Source: Saccostrea cucullata
Taxonomy: Eukaryota
NCBI RefSeq assembly: GCF_032062105.1
Contig: NW_026940631.1
Coordinates: 310,001-374,000 of the forward strand
DNA: 64,000 bases
Direction: 5' to 3'
In this document: positions 59,975 through 64,000 of the stretch, piece after piece
Numbering within the stretch: position 1 is the first letter of the stretch
Layout of the letters: each line of letters opens with the position of its first letter
Position numbers and translations under genes: made by a program
Notes under the pieces: generated by a model
Databases searched by the model: none
What the model was told of the DNA's origin: nothing
Seen by the model: the letters and a program-made list of their open reading frames with translations, nothing else

Positions 59975-62007
59975 AATTCAATATTGCAGACACATTGGAA
60001 ATCATTTTCAGTGGACTAAATTTTACTAAGAATTGACTATATATTCTAATTCAATGTTGGGCTTGCAAAGCTGAAAGACTGACTTAATATTCTAAGAGCT
60101 TTTTAGAGCTGTAATAAAATCAAAGAAAGGATTGAACAAAAATGATTGAATTCATTAAAACATTAATAATTTGTAATGCATAATCAATAAAGCCAGCTTT
60201 GCCATCTAAAAGCAATTTTTAAAAAATGACAAAAAACACTCAAGCTAAAAGCTGCAGTAATCTTAACTATACAACAGCAAGTACATACATAAAATCTTTT
60301 GCCAGATCAGTTGGTTTGACATAACGCTTTGTAAAGCTTGTAAAATTGCAAGGATATATTATACTAAACATGCTGTACAACATGTGCATGTGTTATCAAT
60401 GTGTGTGATATAATACTCAACCAAGTCTTCAAGCAATTTCAGCATTCTTATTGCTTACAAACATGTTTAATAGACTTCTTCACATTTGGTACCATACAAT
60501 GAAATCCAAATTTAAGGACAGATTTAGATAAGAGAAGAAATATTTCAAAAATTAAGTGCCTGCAGTTAACGGGTCAGTAATTGAAATAATGGATTCATTT
60601 AGTTGATGAAGACTAGGTGTTTACATATGTGCATGCAACATGCCTCTACACATGCCTGTGATTTAAGATACATGTACATATATTACATGGGTGAATTCAT
60701 TCAAAAAAAGCTTTTTATTCACTGCACTCCTACCTATACCAAAGTTAATTGCCTAATAGGGGATTTATTTTGTCTTGGGTTGATGACTGATTTATATATT
60801 AACTCATAAAATGAAATTACTTGCTGATATTTCTAAACTGTTGAAATACATGTAAAAAAAAATCTTAACCAACAGTCTATTTGCAAATTTTGATATCCAT
60901 ATTAAGTCAGTTCACAAAATAAAGTTCATGCTCAAAACAAAGAATCTAGAAAAAATGTTGAGGTCTCCTAACTGATTGTTACTGAAGAGTATGTTCTGAG
61001 TGTGATCATTAAACAGAGGCAGGCTACTGTCCAATAAGTTGAACTCATTACAATTTACAAAATTTTCACCTATTACACTTGAAGACTGCATTGTGTAAAT
61101 TTTATGGCCATTATAATGGCCCTACTTGCATATACAACCTGTTGTTTGGCTTGACTGACAAGTTTCCCACTAATCATTAATGAAGCCAATGTTTGTAATG
61201 GTATACTTTTTTGAATACATATTACTTGATCAGTATCTTTAGAGGACTGACTGTGTGCTGGGTCTACAGGAGATGCTTACTCCTCCTCAGCACTTGATTC
61301 TATATTTAGATCTTCCAGAAGTCTGTGTTTCCCCATCACGTACTGTTAAACATTCTATCTAGCTGTAGTGATACAAACTTGCCGGGTGTTATTAAGTGCA
61401 TTTATGCAGTAGTGGAGTTAATGCTAAATAGCTTTCTACTTTTTAAATATTCCAGGAATTTTGTGAATGTTGCAAACTCTATACATGAACATGGTGTGAA
61501 CTGGTGAGTAAATGATTAAAACAAAATTTTACAGAGCAGCCAGTAAATGAAAGTGTTTCTCTGTTCTAGCGGCTCAACACCATAAACCTGTGGACAGACA
61601 AACACATGACCACACACAATGTAACAGTGGTTCTGACTGGTTCAAATATTACAGCAACCTTTCAAAAAAACTAATAAAGCCTGCAATGCATTCTCATTAA
61701 TAGAATAAACAGGCAGCATGGACTCAGTCATGAAAATTTAATTATGTGAAAATAATTTTGCAAATACATTGCTATCTGTGCTACCAATTCAAGTTCATAA
61801 ACTATAGATAAAAAAAAAAAGATTTAAGATTCCTGTAATATTTTTGAGTCTACCAGAACCACAAAGTTGTATCATATATTAAATTAGCTAGAGTCACATG
61901 AAGTTAGGAGCCACACCAGGACAAATACTCACTTGACTGGCAATAACCGCTCATCGTAGGGGGTTCTAGGAGGGGGAGGGGAGTCACTGGACGGCTTTGT
62001 GTCTTTA
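42248..62007 (-). CDS. CEP104: Centrosomal protein of 104 kDa (TOG domain + C-terminal zinc fingers); 5' exons lie beyond the window
   Basis: Phase-consistent exons: 62007-61933, 59329-59280, 52937-52855, 52609-52445, 51666-51605, 51368-51296, 50548-50483, 50388-50264, 50087-49853, 49712-49617, 43796-43714, 43616-43508, 42880-42742, 42555-42412, 42291-42248 (TGA). Hallmarks: YSKTWSYREDALL (TOG), CIFCGERNESFTEEGLDLHYWKHCPML, EHLLTEC, HCPLCHQNI...GWKAHLM. Confidence 0.93.
43095..43507 (-). repeat. 48-bp tandem array derived from the CEP104 zinc-finger exon end plus splice donor
   Basis: Unit = AAACATTGCCCTATGTTAAAGAGATGTACAAACTGTAAACAG|GTCAGT, i.e. the last 14 codons of exon 43616-43508 plus 6 donor nt. 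About 9 copies, some truncated. Confidence 0.9.
44255..45335. mobile_element. HINE containing a Cg170-type 166-bp satellite array (~5 units)
   Basis: TTTTGGCCCCA recurs at 44464, 44630, 44796 and 44966 (spacing 166/166/170). GACGACAAC microsatellite and AGCTCACTTGAGCC-TTC-GGCTCAGGTGAGCT terminal hairpin. Confidence 0.85.
46068..47780. mobile_element. PIF/Harbinger-type MITE (TTA TSD) interrupted by a HINE
   Basis: TTA|GGCCAAAAAAAATTAATCAATTGTTTCTCAGGC...GCCTGAGAAACTATTAATTAATTTTTTTTTTGGCC|TTA. Confidence 0.75.
46465..47705. mobile_element. HINE with ~161-bp tandem array (7 units)
   Basis: TCCAAGGGG at 46525, 46688, 46850, 47009, 47169, 47330, 47491. AACAAGAG start, GACC/GACA microsatellite, ATGCCCTCCC...GGGGGGCAT end. 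The ORFs here are repeat artefacts. Confidence 0.85.
48333..49133. mobile_element. HINE with ~150-bp tandem repeats (~4 units)
   Basis: AACAAGAAATC start; repeated GCCTCAGAGAAGATTGTGTTAAAATTTCAAG; GGAC/AGAC microsatellite; TATACCCCCC...GGGGGTATA end. Confidence 0.8.
49276..49323 (-). CDS. CEP104: Candidate 48-nt cassette exon of CEP104 (DYQPSPRPKKHKSKLK)
   Basis: CCTTTAG|...|GTACCC, phase 0-0, open and basic like the flanking linker. Confidence 0.5.
50678..51295 (-). repeat. ~50-bp degenerate tandem array derived from the CEP104 exon 51368-51296 end plus donor
   Basis: Recurrent CCCA...TAAAGCAGGAGATA(C/T)T|GTAA units directly downstream of the exon. Confidence 0.75.
50858..51090. mobile_element. 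Tc1/mariner-type MITE inserted in the exon-derived array
   Basis: TA|CCGTATATCCG...GGATATACGG|TA. The empty site matches the neighbouring unit TTACAATATATTGTCTCC. Confidence 0.8.
53122..53286. mobile_element. Short CAGT-terminated MITE
   Basis: TA|CAGTAAAACCT...AGTTCAACTG|TA. Confidence 0.55.
53316..53784. mobile_element. Tc1/mariner-type MITE
   Basis: TA|CAGTAAAACACG...CGTGTTTTACTG|TA. Confidence 0.8.
54700..55110. mobile_element. GGCGGATCCAGG-type short TIR element
   Basis: GGCGGATCCAGG (54703) / CCTGGATCCG (~55095), with internal poly-C and poly-G runs. Confidence 0.55.
55603..56107. repeat. ~171-bp near-identical direct duplication (55603-55774 and 55937-56107)
   Basis: AAAGGAA(A/G)TGCGACAGA...AAATGACGTAATAC occurs twice. 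Confidence 0.85.
56557..56876. mobile_element. Short element with HINE-like hairpin+microsatellite ends in inverted orientation
   Basis: TTTTTACCTCCC...GTCTGTCTGTCTGTTACGCTT ... AAGCGTAACAGACGGACGGAC...GAGGGTAAAAAA. Confidence 0.6.
57031..58632. mobile_element. HINE with ~170-180 bp tandem repeats
   Basis: AACCAAGAGGCCCACAGGCC start; repeated CCTGGGGCCATAAAATTCACAATTTTGG; GACGGACGAC microsatellite; AGGTCAC-TCAG-GTGACCT end. Confidence 0.8.
59906..59971. repeat. (TA)n microsatellite
   Basis: About 33 TA units. Confidence 0.95.
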
Positions 62008-63655
62008 CTGATTTACAAAGAAAATTGGTCAGTCTATCAGTTCAGTGAAAATCTTATCGGGGTATAAATAACATGGAAAGTTCTGGTATACTGCTCTTCA
62101 TAGATTTGTCTGTTTTTTTTGGGTAAACTAATTGACTATAAATAGAATAATTACAAACCAAGAAAAGGGACAATAACTTTCACATTGCAAAGTGCAGATG
62201 TCCAGAAAACATTTACAGAACCATTTACAAGAACTTCTTTTACATAAAAAGATTAAAAGATTTCTCTGTTGTTCATTATAATTTCAAATGGGAATTTACA
62301 AAATTTTGCCTCTCCACTCAAATTCAAGAACTGAAAACAAATATCGGTAGACAAATATTCCCTTTCGAAAACTATGAAACATATTTGATTGCGCCCATGA
62401 CAAAAGGGTCCTTATGGCATTTTTGCTAAAACAGAGAAATAACGTCATAAAGATGTGACGTTGCAGAATGACGGTGAACTTCGACGCAGATTTTTTTAAC
62501 CACGTGTTTTGACAAACGACGCATTTTATGTTTTTATCGCTGTTTCCAACATGTGGAATTTATTTTCATTTATAAATCAATTTAATCAATATCTGAATCA
62601 CTAATCCATTGATTTTTAAAAGATATTAATAAAAACATTTAGAACTGGTTTCTTACCAAACATTATTAAATACGTCTCTATAACATGTATAATACCAATA
62701 GTTTTCCTACATGCGTAAATGTATAGAAGCTGTAGACAAGGTGTTTTCTGATATGATAATGAACCTTTATACTCTAGATAAATTTTATTTACATATTTAT
62801 ACCATTTTAAGAATACATCTTAGACAGGGTATATCGTAAAAAAAATTGCAAAGGAAAATATTGTCTTCCTACTTCTTTTAGATCCGCTCCACCATTCTCG
62901 CGATCGCGTCGATCACACGTAAACATTGATTCATCAGTGCATACTGCTTTAACTGTTGTTAAACTGTTTGTACAAATGTTGAAACTAAACATACATCTTC
63001 CACGTTTTCTACAAATCTAGCAAGAATGTGTAAGAACGATTGTCAAGATTATTTGTATTTTCTATATATAAAAATAGGAGAGATAACTCTGATGTAAACA
63101 ATCGATGAAACACAGTAACAGGGGTACCAGACAGGGACATTCATTTTAGCTATTGCGTACTTTTTCACATTTCAGCTGCATGTTCGCATGAATTTGCTTC
63201 CAGATTATGAGAGAGATATTTTATGACCAAATAAAAACACTTTTAATCGTCAGCATAATTATGATTTTTTAAATAAAAAAATATTGTTGTACTTTGGGAA
63301 TAAGGTTTATGTAGAAAAAGGAAAAACAAAGAAAAAAAAAGGAAAACTGCAAAATTAAACAGACTTTAATTTTTTTTTCAGATCTCTTATCTATAGCTTT
63401 TTTTTTGCATGAAATAATTTCATGGCGAATTTAATTTTTTTTTAAAAATAATAAAAATGTAAAGCGTCTACCTTATAATCATGATTAAATAAATTAAAAT
63501 TTTAAAATGTTGTTTTGTCTTATATTCGTGTTGCACAACTTATATTCGTGTTGCACAAAGACATTTCAACTAAGAGAAATTAAAACAAGCAAAAACATCC
63601 AAATGAAAATAATGTTCTTTATGTTCTAACTTAAATAGAGCTGGTCAAGTAAATC

Positions 63656-63658
<3 letters not shown>

Positions 63659-63688
<30 letters not shown>
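63659..63688. repeat. (GA)n microsatellite
   Basis: About 14-15 GA units. Confidence 0.9.
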
Positions 63689-63692
<4 letters not shown>

Positions 63693-64000
63693 GAGGGTAG
63701 ATGAAAATATTTATATTGAATCTATTTATCTAATATTGAGAAATGTGAAACTCTATTGAAAAAGATGAGTTTTCAAAACAAATGAAATAATAAATCAAAG
63801 AAAATACCATTGTTGTTTAAACTATATATTCATGTATAGCTATTTATTTTCAAGATCTCCAAATTTAATATACATGTAACTCTTTGGTACTTACGTGTTG
63901 TTGTTTTTTTTTTCACACGGAGTTCAAATGTTTTAAGCATTATCTTCAAATTAATTCCTTAAGCCATGACGAACCTTGTCTTTCATAAAAGCTCGATCAG

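Overview
AT-rich, intron-containing animal DNA, almost certainly oyster (Crassostrea/Magallana gigas or a close relative). It carries a 166-bp Cg170-type satellite array inside a Helentron-like (HINE) element. Genes were assembled by hand from splice sites and reading phase: (1) exon 1 of one glyoxylate/hydroxypyruvate reductase-like (GRHPR-like) gene (-, 824-1025, rest outside the window); (2) a complete 3-exon GRHPR-like paralog (-, 4376-14023, 326 aa, one GC-AG intron); (3) an 8-finger C2H2 zinc-finger gene (+, 18042-18821); (4) a complete ARMC9 (+, 23765-38408, 24 core coding exons, ~826 aa) with a GC-AG intron and a clear U12-type intron; (5) the 3' part of CEP104 (-, 42248-62007, 5' end beyond the window), tail-to-tail with ARMC9. 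Introns and intergenic DNA are packed with non-autonomous elements, often nested: HINEs with internal satellites, Tc1/mariner-, PIF-, Kolobok- and Mutator-type MITEs, and ~150-bp-hairpin elements that share an architecture but not sequence. Most notable: adjacent genes for two ciliary-tip-module partners, 'exon-echo' tandem repeats built from exon 3' ends plus splice donors, the hairpin elements, and a probable assembly-consensus chimera in ARMC9. No prokaryotic features such as CRISPR arrays or operons were seen.
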